Shown one piece after another: positions 18,710 through 27,586 of a stretch of 64,000 bases of DNA (positions are counted from its first letter, which is position 1; each line of letters begins with the position of its first letter). The stretch covers positions 377,199 through 441,198 of the forward strand of contig CP000875.1 of assembly GCA_000018565.1 (NCBI GenBank), given 5' to 3'. The position numbers and the translations under genes were made by a program. The notes under the pieces were generated by a model that saw only the letters and a program-made list of their open reading frames with translations, was not told the origin of the DNA and did not search any database. This DNA is from Herpetosiphon aurantiacus DSM 785. Lineage in GTDB: Bacteria; Chloroflexota; Chloroflexia; Chloroflexales; Herpetosiphonaceae.

Positions 18710-18864
18710 CGTTTGTTCCTAATTATTAAAAAATACATAGTTGTTAATAAAGTTTTAAAGGCGAATAGGACTGTTGGCCTATGGTCAATCCAGCGCTAGC
18801 ATAGCACGATCAACCCATTATTTCCATGGAACTGCCACGTTTGCAGTCAAGAGGAGTGTCTAGT

Positions 18865-20607
18865 ATGGTTCTTCGAAGGATGATGTTTGTTTTGCTGGTT
18901 ATTTTTAGCTTGAGCACTGTTTCGGCAACGTCGCTGGAAACTCCCTCTGCTGAGCCACTCGACGCAGCAAGCCCCGCTAGCCCAGCCGCCACCAATGCCT
19001 ACACCATGCGAGCTGGATTCCCTGCAACCAAGCCGAATGGTTCATATTTTTCATCACCAACCGTCGTTGATCTATTTAAAGATGGTTCGCCCGAGATTCT
19101 TTCAGCAGATGCAACTGGTTGTATTTGGGGTTACAACATTTATGGTCAATTGTTGCCTGGCTTTCCCTGGATGACTGGCGGTGCGTGTGCCAATACCCCG
19201 CGGATCAATGGTTCGTTGGTGGTCGCTGACATTAACGAAGATGGCTTATTGGAAATTGTGGTTGGCACACGCGGCAAAGGCACAAGCGTTGGTCAGCGCG
19301 GCAAGGTCATTGTTTATCAACGCAATGGAGCCATTTTGAGCGGTTGGCCCAAAGAAATGGAATGGGCCTACATCACCAACGGCAACTTCCCCGAGGTGGT
19401 GCATGTCGCTGTTGACGATATTATTGGTGATAGCAAACTTGAGGTGATTGCGACTACCACGAATGAGGCGGGTAGTAATACTGATTATGCACCCAATGTG
19501 CATGCGTGGTATTACACGGGGAATGTCGTTACTGGCTACCCCAAAAGCTCCGATAAAGGCTCGGGCATTTGGGGCCACCCCGCCTTGGCCGACCTCGACA
19601 ATAACGGCAAATCGGAGATCTTCGTTGGCCGCGATGAACTCTATTTCTATCGCTATAAAAACGATGGAACCCAATATGCAGGCTGGCCAATTCAGACCTA
19701 TACCCATGTCAACCAAACGACTTGGAATGTTCACGATTATATTGAGTTTACCCGCTCTGGCCCAGCTATCGCCGATTTAGATAATGATGGCAGTTACGAG
19801 GTGATTGCAGCAGGTAAAGTGCGGACTCCAGACGGCGATCCGCATAACAACTACGACCCGCAAAGTGCTAGTGCGGTTTTCGTAACTGAGCCAGATGGTA
19901 CTCGCCGCCCTGGCTGGACTGATGCCAAACGCGCTGGCGCACCGTTGGATGTCAACTTTACCCCCAATAATCCGATTGTTGTCGCCGATTTGGATGGCAA
20001 TGGTGAAAAGGAATTTGTAGTTACCTTCGATGATGGTACAATTCGCGCCTATCGCGAAAACGGCACGCAAATCTGGTCGTATTTCTATGCTGAGGAACCA
20101 GTCCAAGGTGCGCCAACCCGCAAAGTATTTGGTAGCGAAGTCGTCATTGCCGATGTTACGGGTGACCGCAAGCTAGATATTGTCTTTGGTACGTATTCAT
20201 TCGACCGACTTTATGCGGGGATTGTCGGGTTGTATGCCCTCGATGCCCGCAATGGAGCCTTGCATTCGGGCTTTCCACTGAGTTTGCCCAATGAAGGCAC
20301 GGCTAGCGATAACAGTGCTGGCTCGCAGAAAGGGATTCAAGCCGCCCCAACTATCTCCGATATCGATAATAACTGCTATGTCGAAATTTTGGCCCACAGT
20401 CGGGCGGGCAATATTTATGTTTGGGAAACCCTAGGCCGCAATTTGCCTGAATTAATGCCTTGGCCGATGAGCCGCCAGAACTTACAGCGCACTGCGTGGG
20501 TGCAAAATCCACCTGAACCACGCCAACACGTATTTGCCCCCGAGCAAATTCAAGGCGGTGATTTCAATGTCTATTTGCCAATGACCCGCATGGGTTGCGA
20601 TTTCTAG
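18865..20607 (+). CDS. Secreted FG-GAP/VCBS-repeat beta-propeller protein
   Basis: Start chosen at the ATG at 18865 (AGAGGAG RBS; signal peptide MVLRRMMFVLLVIFSLSTVSA). Repeated Ca-binding-like loops 'DINEDGLLEIVVG', 'DLDNNGKSEIFVG', 'DLDNDGSYEVIA', 'DLDGNGEKEFVV'. Confidence 0.75.
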   Translation: MVLRRMMFVLLVIFSLSTVSATSLETPSAEPLDAASPASPAATNAYTMRAGFPATKPNGSYFSSPTVVDLFKDGSPEILSADATGCIWGYNIYGQLLPGFPWMTGGACANTPRINGSLVVADINEDGLLEIVVGTRGKGTSVGQRGKVIVYQRNGAILSGWPKEMEWAYITNGNFPEVVHVAVDDIIGDSKLEVIATTTNEAGSNTDYAPNVHAWYYTGNVVTGYPKSSDKGSGIWGHPALADLDNNGKSEIFVGRDELYFYRYKNDGTQYAGWPIQTYTHVNQTTWNVHDYIEFTRSGPAIADLDNDGSYEVIAAGKVRTPDGDPHNNYDPQSASAVFVTEPDGTRRPGWTDAKRAGAPLDVNFTPNNPIVVADLDGNGEKEFVVTFDDGTIRAYRENGTQIWSYFYAEEPVQGAPTRKVFGSEVVIADVTGDRKLDIVFGTYSFDRLYAGIVGLYALDARNGALHSGFPLSLPNEGTASDNSAGSQKGIQAAPTISDIDNNCYVEILAHSRAGNIYVWETLGRNLPELMPWPMSRQNLQRTAWVQNPPEPRQHVFAPEQIQGGDFNVYLPMTRMGCDF

Positions 20608-20619
20608 AGTTGTTGCCAA

Positions 20620-20652
20620 AGCAGGGATGGTTGCGGCCATCCCTGTTTTGTT
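20620..20652. terminator. Bidirectional terminator hairpin between convergent genes
   Basis: cagggatgg / ccatccctg stem with ttgcggc loop, then ttttgtt. Confidence 0.6.
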
Positions 20653-20654
20653 AA

Positions 20655-21362
20655 TTATTGCAATGGCAGATTAGGATCAATCTTGTAGCTCTGAACAATC
20701 CGCACAAGATCTGGTTGCAAGGCCTCAAATTGCTCCAACGGCACTAAAATCTGAATGATGCTAAGATAGTTGCCATCACGCCGCACATAGCCATCGCCAC
20801 TCATCGCCAGCAAACTTTGCTGATCAATAAAACTATACGAAACATAGGTGTTGCCATCGGCTTGCAACACTGGCTGATCGATATTAAACTCCGACGATTG
20901 CCCGACAATTTGGCTAATAAAATCGTTCAAAAACTCAGCTTGGTCGCCAATTAAATTCTGGCTATCATCAACCACTAACAATTGAATAAACGCTTGCTCA
21001 GCGGGATCAACCCAAAAGAGCAAATTATTGCCAGCATCAACGCTATCACGCATTTGCCAATCGTCAGGTATGTCGATTGAAAAGGCTTGGGTGGGATTGG
21101 TATAGGTTTTCAAGCCTTTAATTTCGATAAAAGCTGTGCTATTACCTGGAATATTGCCCAAATCGGCTACGGTTGGGGTTACCCGTGGGAGTGGCGTAAA
21201 CGTCGGGGGAATCGTGGGTGTAAGGGTTGGCTGAACCAAGGTTGGCTCAGGGGTTGCCGTGCTTACTTGAGCAACCACCTGTGTTGCTGGAATTGGCGTT
21301 GCCGTTGCGCCACCACAGGCAACTAAGCCACAAATAAATAGAAAATAACTAATCAACCGCAT
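20655..21362 (-). CDS. Lipoprotein with Pro/Thr-rich linker, unknown function
   Basis: Start at the ATG at 21362 (GAAGGAG RBS, 6-nt spacer). Lipobox 'LFICGLVAC' with Cys. PT-rich tract 'TPEPTLVQPTLTPTIPPTFTPLPRVTPTV'. Confidence 0.6.
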   Translation of the reverse strand: MRLISYFLFICGLVACGGATATPIPATQVVAQVSTATPEPTLVQPTLTPTIPPTFTPLPRVTPTVADLGNIPGNSTAFIEIKGLKTYTNPTQAFSIDIPDDWQMRDSVDAGNNLLFWVDPAEQAFIQLLVVDDSQNLIGDQAEFLNDFISQIVGQSSEFNIDQPVLQADGNTYVSYSFIDQQSLLAMSGDGYVRRDGNYLSIIQILVPLEQFEALQPDLVRIVQSYKIDPNLPLQ

Positions 21363-21423
21363 AGATGCTCCTTCGACCAAATCGGTCGGCTCAATGACGG
21401 TCTAGAGTGTACTCGATTTTAGC

Positions 21424-22263
21424 TTAGGCAAATTCGCCGCGCTGCCAAAGCGCCCATTGTTGCAATTCTTCATAATAATCAGCAACACAGGCAATCCCCG
21501 CTTGAATTCCATCATCAAGGTGCAGTAAATCGGCCATACTCATGCGATTTACATCGGGGCTGAAGAGTAGATCAGGCGGGGTTTCGCGCAAACGTTGCAA
21601 AGTAATTTGATGCACCATAATCCCAATTGCTCGCTCAGCTAAGGCCAATTGCGTGAGCGGAACCCAGCGTCGCCACGAAAAGAGGCTGCTTTGGGCGGCA
21701 TTATTTACCTCAAATTGATCGAATTCACCAATCAAATTAACTGCAATCACCCGTTCGGCTCCAAGTTGACGAGTGATGTCAATTGGCAAATTATTACGGA
21801 TGCCACCATCGGCCAAAATATATTTCTCGATGCGGCGGGGCGGAAACACCCCAGGCACTGCCGCACTCGCCAAGGCAGCCTCAACCAACGAGCCACGTTG
21901 CAATACCACCTCATGCCCAGTCACCAAATCAACCGCCACTGCCGCATAGGGTATCGGCAAATCTTCGATCAGTTGATCGCCCAATAATTCGCTGAGCACG
22001 CCAGCCAATTTTTCCGAGCCAATCAAGCCCCAACTTGCTGGATCAAGGCTGAGAATTCGGCGCAACGGCGTGGCACGAAAAGCCTGCTCAATCGTCGTCG
22101 CATTGTAGCCTGCCGCCACCACGGCCCCAATAATGGCCCCAATGCTGGTTCCAGCCACCATATTTGCTTGGATGCCAACCCGTTCTAATTCATGGAGCAC
22201 GCCAATATGGGCACTGCCCTTGCCACCCCCGCCACCAAGACATAAACCAATCGTCCGTTGCAT
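21424..22263 (-). CDS. Patatin-like phospholipase
   Basis: 'GGGGKGSAHIGV' oxyanion Gly-rich loop, 'GTSIGA' GxSxG nucleophile, downstream catalytic 'DGG'. Confidence 0.8.
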   Translation of the reverse strand: MQRTIGLCLGGGGGKGSAHIGVLHELERVGIQANMVAGTSIGAIIGAVVAAGYNATTIEQAFRATPLRRILSLDPASWGLIGSEKLAGVLSELLGDQLIEDLPIPYAAVAVDLVTGHEVVLQRGSLVEAALASAAVPGVFPPRRIEKYILADGGIRNNLPIDITRQLGAERVIAVNLIGEFDQFEVNNAAQSSLFSWRRWVPLTQLALAERAIGIMVHQITLQRLRETPPDLLFSPDVNRMSMADLLHLDDGIQAGIACVADYYEELQQWALWQRGEFA

Positions 22264-22354
22264 GGCCCAACTCCTTGATTGAATGACGCGCTGCGTTAGA
22301 GTATAACACGGTATAGGAGTCAGGGACTCTTACAAGGATAGGTTTTAAGTTCCC

Positions 22355-22418
22355 TCACCCCCTAGCCCCCTCGCCCACTGCGGCGGGCGAGGGGGCTAGG
22401 GGGTGAGGGCATGCCAAT
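22355..22418. repeat. GC-rich palindromic MITE-like repeat: minimal perfect hairpin copy
   Basis: ccctcaccccctagccccctcgccc-actgcggc-gggcgagggggctagggggtgaggg. Flanked at 22440-22460 and 22561-22656 by other modules of the same mosaic family (cccttgaaagggt; ccttcgtgtcctttgtgcccttcgtggatc; ctatgttctatgctctat). Confidence 0.8.
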
Positions 22419-22655
22419 CGGCGGTACATCCCACCCAACGATTGTTAAAAACCTACCCTTGAAAGGGTCAGGGATTGAGAGTCGGGGTTTAGGGGATCAG
22501 GCAATTGGCATTGAAGCGTAATCATAATAATCTGTGCTAATCTGTGGCAAAAACAGCCTTCGTGTCCTTTGTGCCCTTCGTGGATCAAACAGTAATTTTG
22601 CGTCCTCGATCCCCAGCTCACCTCTATGTTCTATGCTCTATATTCTATGTTCTGA

Positions 22656-24086
22656 TTAATCATCGTCATCATTGCCTTTGCCTGGACCTTTGGGCTTTTT
22701 CGTTTCTTTGACCGCAATCACCAACGTAATTTGGCTATTTTCGGCGATTGGGCTGCCAGCAGCTGGCTCTTGGCTTAAAATCCGATCTTTGGCTTGTTCG
22801 TTGGCTTCTTCGATAAAATTAATTTTTAGCTTTAACTGGCGTGCTTGCTGCTCGGCCTCACCACGTTTTAGCCCGACAAAATTGGGCATACTTGGCAGCG
22901 GTTGGCTGGCGATGGTGGGTTCTGGAGCTTGGGTGCTGATTGCCTCGGCCACGATTGTTGCCGTTGCTTCAGCTATTGGCACAAGCGTAGCGCTGGGTTG
23001 AGCAACAGTCGTCGCATTGCCGCTAGCGCCGGGTTGTTGGGTATCGCCACTGAGTTTGGCAAAGGCCACGGCAACCAGCACCACAAAGACCAACGCTGCC
23101 AAGGTTAGGCCAATTTGTTTTTTGGCAACAGGTTTGGGATTGGCAAGCAAGGCTTTGGTTGGCGTTGGCTGAGGCTTGGCCTGCACTAAGGCTGCGGTTT
23201 TAGGCGGCACACGCACCGCCGTGGTTTCCATGTTGTGAATCGAAACAGTTGAGCGTTGGCGCACTGGCATGGCAATCGTGGCCGAATTTGCGCCTTGTTG
23301 AATGCTCTCGATCTCGCCAGCAAAGGCTTGAGCTGAAGCAAAACGCTGGCTTGGCACTCGTTCAGTCGCACGCTTGATCAGATTCTCAATCGCGGTGGCG
23401 GTGCCTGGCAAGGCTTGGCGTAAGGCGGGCACACCTTCATTCAAATGGCGCTGCACAATCGCCCACGCCGAATCGCCATCAAGCGGCACGCGCCCAGTCA
23501 AAAGCTCATACAACATGATTCCCAAGGCATAAATATCGCTGGCTTCGGTGGTTGCCCCACCCTCAGCCCGTTCAGGTGCGATATATTGGGGCGTGCCATA
23601 CACCTGCTCAGCATTGATTGTGCCGATCGCTTGCACAATTCCAAAATCGAGCAAAATGGCATGGCCATCGGCATTGATGCGGATATTTTGGGGCTTTACA
23701 TCGCAATGGACATAGCCTTGTTGATGAATCGCGGCTAAGGCTAGGGCAATTTCACGCGTCCATGTCAGCGCTTGGGGCGCGGCAACGGGCAACAATTGAT
23801 CAAGGCTTTGGCCTTCGATCAGCTCTTGCACAAAAAACGGCCCGCTACTTGGATCATAGCCAACATCGAAAATTCGCGCAATATGGGCGTGGCTCAATTG
23901 GGCGGCGGTTTGGGCTTCGGCACTAAATTGCTGGCTCAAGCTAGGATTATTGGCAAACTCAGGCCGTAAAAGCTTCAAAGCCACATCGCGCTTGAGCAAC
24001 AAATCACGGGCACGATAGACCGTCGCCATGCCACCTTGGCCAAGCGTTGCTAAAATCTGATAGCGATTTACCAGCGTTTGATTCAT
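22656..24086 (-). CDS. Hanks-type Ser/Thr protein kinase with TM segment and C-terminal PASTA domain
   Basis: Kinase subdomains 'GQGGMATVY', 'VALK', 'HCDVKPQNI', 'DFG', 'GTPQYIAPE'. TM helix 'LTLAALVFVVLVAVAFA'. C-terminal PASTA-like 'MPNFVGLKRGEAEQQARQLKLKINFIEE'. Confidence 0.85.
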   Translation of the reverse strand: MNQTLVNRYQILATLGQGGMATVYRARDLLLKRDVALKLLRPEFANNPSLSQQFSAEAQTAAQLSHAHIARIFDVGYDPSSGPFFVQELIEGQSLDQLLPVAAPQALTWTREIALALAAIHQQGYVHCDVKPQNIRINADGHAILLDFGIVQAIGTINAEQVYGTPQYIAPERAEGGATTEASDIYALGIMLYELLTGRVPLDGDSAWAIVQRHLNEGVPALRQALPGTATAIENLIKRATERVPSQRFASAQAFAGEIESIQQGANSATIAMPVRQRSTVSIHNMETTAVRVPPKTAALVQAKPQPTPTKALLANPKPVAKKQIGLTLAALVFVVLVAVAFAKLSGDTQQPGASGNATTVAQPSATLVPIAEATATIVAEAISTQAPEPTIASQPLPSMPNFVGLKRGEAEQQARQLKLKINFIEEANEQAKDRILSQEPAAGSPIAENSQITLVIAVKETKKPKGPGKGNDDDD

Positions 24087-24135
24087 TGCAGCATCCTTAT
24101 GGTTTGAGCCAATCTCGCGGGTATAATAGCAGAAT

Positions 24136-24171
24136 TAAAAAAATTGAGAGGCGTAAGCTACGCCTCTCAAC
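24136..24171 (-). terminator. Rho-independent terminator (minus strand) downstream of the mini-ORF
   Basis: 10-bp stem ttgagaggcg / cgcctctcaa with loop taagcta. A-run at 24136-24143 gives a U-tract on the minus strand. Confidence 0.65.
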
Positions 24172-24191
24172 ACAATTCGCTTGGTTTATTT

Positions 24192-24314
24192 TTAGACGGT
24201 TTCTGGTTCGCCCAAGATTTTGTTGGTCAGGTATAAGGCCAAACGGGTGGCCAAGGTTCCTAAGGCCAAGCTCAACAAACCATAAACAATCCGGCGTTTC
24301 AAATCATCATCCAT
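24192..24314 (-). CDS. Candidate 40-aa single-TM mini-protein (MDDDLKRRIVYGLLSLALGTLATRLALYLTNKILGEPETV)
   Basis: Too short for the ORF track. Perfect AGGAGG RBS (revcomp of 24324-24329) 9 nt before the ATG at 24314. Hydrophobic core. Own terminator immediately downstream. Confidence 0.4.
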   Translation of the reverse strand: MDDDLKRRIVYGLLSLALGTLATRLALYLTNKILGEPETV

Positions 24315-24365
24315 TAATTATTCCTCCTAAATCGAAAAGCGCTGCTACGCCCTAGTATAGCATTT

Positions 24366-25073
24366 TTAGTCGCGGCGACCGCCAAAAACCCGAAATGCAA
24401 AGTAGGCAAAGGTCAAAATCGATTGGGCCGCAGATGCAACATAGGTCCAAGCAGCAGCATTCAACACCTTGGAAACCGCTGCTTGATCTTGGGGGCTAAC
24501 CAAGCCATTGGCGATCAGCATTTTTTTGGCGCGGCTTGAAGCGTTGAATTCAACAGGCAAGGTTACCAAGGTGAAAAGCACAGCGCCAGCAAACAGCACC
24601 AAGCCAATCAAGGCCATGGTAAAGCCAATGCCGCCACTGCGTGAAGCAGCACCAAACATCAAGCCTAACATCACCAGCCAAGTACCGATATTGCTGCCAA
24701 TATTAGCAATGCCAACGATTGAGCTACGCAAACGTAACATAGCATAGCCTTCGCGGTCTTGCAGGGCGTGGCCCAATTCATGGGCAACCACCGCCATCGC
24801 TGCTACCGAAGGGTTGACCGACGATTGCGAAATATTGATCGACTTGTCGGCGGGGTTGTAGAAATCGGTTAGCTGGCCAGCAACTTGATTGACCCGCACA
24901 TAGTTTAGGCCTTCAGCGTTCATCAAACGTTGAGCCACCGCAAAGCCATTCATGTTGTGCATATTGGCCACATTGGCATATTTGCTAAATGTCGATTTGA
25001 CATACCACTGTGCCCAGAAAGCAAACAACATACCAGGGATGGCAAAAACGAAATACAAAGGGTCGAAGATCAT
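24366..25073 (-). CDS. Membrane-associated zinc metallopeptidase (PF04298-like, HExxH)
   Basis: 'VVAHELGHALQ' HExxH with flanking TM helices. Start at the ATG at 25073 (GGAGGATACC RBS) rather than the ORF-track 25148. Confidence 0.75.
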   Translation of the reverse strand: MIFDPLYFVFAIPGMLFAFWAQWYVKSTFSKYANVANMHNMNGFAVAQRLMNAEGLNYVRVNQVAGQLTDFYNPADKSINISQSSVNPSVAAMAVVAHELGHALQDREGYAMLRLRSSIVGIANIGSNIGTWLVMLGLMFGAASRSGGIGFTMALIGLVLFAGAVLFTLVTLPVEFNASSRAKKMLIANGLVSPQDQAAVSKVLNAAAWTYVASAAQSILTFAYFAFRVFGGRRD

Positions 25074-25236
25074 CGGTATCCTCCAAGGCGATGCTTGTTC
25101 AATGTCCCTGTCCTCATGGACAGAAAATTCTAACATTAAGTATAGCAAGCTCTGGACCTAGGCGTGTTAGCATGACATTAATACGCACACCCAAAAATAG
25201 CTGTAATGATTCATTGGGTTGGCAATAAACTCTATG

Positions 25237-25337
25237 CCCTCACCCCCTAGCCCCCTCTCCCGCCCGCGAGGCGAGGGGGAATCGCACTCGGAGTGCCCCC
25301 CTCGCCCGCCGCAGTGGGAGAGGGGTTGGGGTGAGGG
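25237..25337. repeat. GC-rich palindromic MITE-like repeat, full-length copy with imperfect terminal inverted repeats
   Basis: Left arm ccctcaccccctagccccctctcccgc...gcgaggcgaggggg; right arm cccctcgcccgccgcagtgggagaggggttggggtgaggg. Followed at 25340-25390 by the module ttgttaacc...cattacacatagaacctag. Confidence 0.8.
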
Positions 25338-25398
25338 TACAGGAAAATTGGTTGTTAACCTCATAAGCCATTACACATAGAACCTAGAAGGAGTTTGC

Positions 25399-27285
25399 AT
25401 GAATGGTGGAGGCTGGCGAGGGTTTGTTCGCGCCAATGAGGACGAACAACCCACCATCAGCCGCATGTTGTTGCAGCGCGTATGGGGTTATGCCAGACCC
25501 TATCGCAGCGGCATCATTGTGGTCTTAATTACAATTTTCATCGGAACCTTGTTGGATCGGATTACACCGTTGTTGGTGCGCCATTTGATCGATGTGGCGA
25601 TTCCAGAGCGCAATCTAGGGCGGCTGAATCTTGTAGCCGTCGGCTTGGTTGCAATTCCCTTGATCGGCGGTTTGCTGGATATTTTGCAGCGTCGCCATTC
25701 ATCGTTGGTTGGCGAGGGAATTATTTTTGATTTGCGGCGGGCCTTGTATAGCCATATGCAGCGCATGAGCTTGCGTTTTTTCACCAGCACCAAATCGGGC
25801 GAGTTGGTTTCGCGGCTCAATAACGATGTGGTTGGTTCGCAACGGGCGGTTACTGGCACGCTGATCACGTTAATCACGAATGTCATTACCGTTAGCATCA
25901 CGCTGTTTATTATGTTGACGATCGAATGGCGTTTAACCTTGTTAGCCCTGCTGGTTTTGCCCTTGTTTATGCTGCCAGCCCGCCGTGTTGGTCGCATTGT
26001 GCGCAACTTGACCCGCTCGCAAATGCAGGCTAACGGCGAAATGAATGGCTTGATGGGCGAAACCTTGAATGTCAGCGGCGCGTTATTGGTCAAGATTTTT
26101 GGGCGGCGCAACGATGAAGTCGCCAAATTTAGCCAACATGCTGGCGAAGTGCGCGACCTAGGCATTCGTACCGCCTTGGTTATGCGCTCATTTTTTGTGA
26201 TGGTTGGTTTGGTCAGCGCAGTTGGCGTAACCTCAGTTTATTGGTTTGGCGGCTATCTCGCAATCACCTCGGATAATTTTAGCACTGGCGATATTATTGC
26301 CTTAGCCTTATATTTGCCTGGTTTGTATGGCGCAATTTCTACGTTGGTCAATACGCGAGTCGAATTGGCTTCATCATTGGTTTCATTCGAGCGGGTGTTT
26401 GAAATTCTCGATTTACCGCTAGAAATTGTTGATGCTGAGCAGCCTCAAATACTGCAAACTATTCGCGGCGAAGTGCAATTTGAGCATGTTTGGTTTCGCT
26501 ATCAGGCCGATGAGATCAATAGTCTCAGCTCGCGCGATGGTCAAGAAACCACTGTTATCAGTCCAATTACAACCCGTGAATGGGCCTTGAGCGATATTGA
26601 TTTTACCGCTAAGCCAGGCCAATTAGTGGCATTGGTCGGGCCATCGGGCGCGGGCAAAACCAGCCTAACCTACCTGTTGCCACGTTTATACGACCCCAGT
26701 CGTGGCCGCGTGTTGATTGATGGAATTGATGTGCGCGAGTTGGAGCTTGATAGCCTTGGTCAAGCGATTGGCATGGTCACCCAAGAAACCTTTCTCTTTC
26801 ACGAGAGCTTGCGGGCTAATTTGCGCTATGCCAAACCCGATGCCACTGATGCTGAATTAGAGGCCGCCTGTCGCGCTGCCAATATCCACGATTTGATCGC
26901 CAGCCTGCCCAATGGCTATGATACGGTGGTTGGCGAACGTGGTTATCGCTTCTCAGGTGGCGAAAAACAACGGATTGCGATCGCCCGTGTGATTCTCAAA
27001 AACCCGCGGATTTTGGTGCTTGACGAGGCCACCTCGGCGCTCGATTCACGCTCGGAAGCATTAATTCAGGCTGCACTCCAACCATTGCTCAAAGATCGCA
27101 CCAGCATTGTGATTGCCCACCGACTTTCAACGATTCTGGCGGCTGACTTGATTTTGGTCGTCGATCAAGGGCGGGTGCTCGAACGTGGCACACATAGCGA
27201 GTTGCTAGCCCAAGCTGGTTTGTACGCCCAACTCTATCAAACCCAATTTAAGGAGCGGGAACAAGCCTTAGAACAGAGAGCATAG
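25399..27285 (+). CDS. ABC transporter permease/ATP-binding fusion protein (MsbA-like exporter)
   Basis: Six N-terminal TM helices. Walker A 'GPSGAGKTS', signature 'FSGGEKQRIAIAR', Walker B 'ILVLDEATSALD', H-loop. AAGGAG RBS. Confidence 0.85.
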   Translation: MNGGGWRGFVRANEDEQPTISRMLLQRVWGYARPYRSGIIVVLITIFIGTLLDRITPLLVRHLIDVAIPERNLGRLNLVAVGLVAIPLIGGLLDILQRRHSSLVGEGIIFDLRRALYSHMQRMSLRFFTSTKSGELVSRLNNDVVGSQRAVTGTLITLITNVITVSITLFIMLTIEWRLTLLALLVLPLFMLPARRVGRIVRNLTRSQMQANGEMNGLMGETLNVSGALLVKIFGRRNDEVAKFSQHAGEVRDLGIRTALVMRSFFVMVGLVSAVGVTSVYWFGGYLAITSDNFSTGDIIALALYLPGLYGAISTLVNTRVELASSLVSFERVFEILDLPLEIVDAEQPQILQTIRGEVQFEHVWFRYQADEINSLSSRDGQETTVISPITTREWALSDIDFTAKPGQLVALVGPSGAGKTSLTYLLPRLYDPSRGRVLIDGIDVRELELDSLGQAIGMVTQETFLFHESLRANLRYAKPDATDAELEAACRAANIHDLIASLPNGYDTVVGERGYRFSGGEKQRIAIARVILKNPRILVLDEATSALDSRSEALIQAALQPLLKDRTSIVIAHRLSTILAADLILVVDQGRVLERGTHSELLAQAGLYAQLYQTQFKEREQALEQRA

Positions 27286-27300
27286 AACATAGTTGTGGTT

Positions 27301-27343
27301 CCCCCTCGCCTCGCGTGCGGGAGAGGGGGCTAGGGGGTGAGGG
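27301..27343. repeat. GC-rich palindromic repeat (right-arm copy), with associated modules out to about 27535
   Basis: ccccctcgcctcgcgtgcgggagagggggctagggggtgaggg, then ccattgttaacgcg..ccattacagatagagcatagaacatagagc and cccttcgtggatc at 27510-27530. Same order and orientation as the copy upstream of the ABC gene. Confidence 0.75.
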
Positions 27344-27586
27344 AATGCTAGCCATTGTTAACGCGACAAACCATTACAGATAGAGCATAGAACATAGAGC
27401 TTTTTTACCGCAGAGGCCATAGGGCTATCGGCTGAAGGCCCTAGGCTATTGGAACCGGGGGATATTTCAAAAGCCCATAGCCTAAAGCCTAAAGCCATAT
27501 CAGCCTTCATGCCCTTCGTGGATCGAAAACTCCGCCAATATCTATTACACTATAGCCATTGTTTTGAGCAAGGAGGCTTGAACGCT

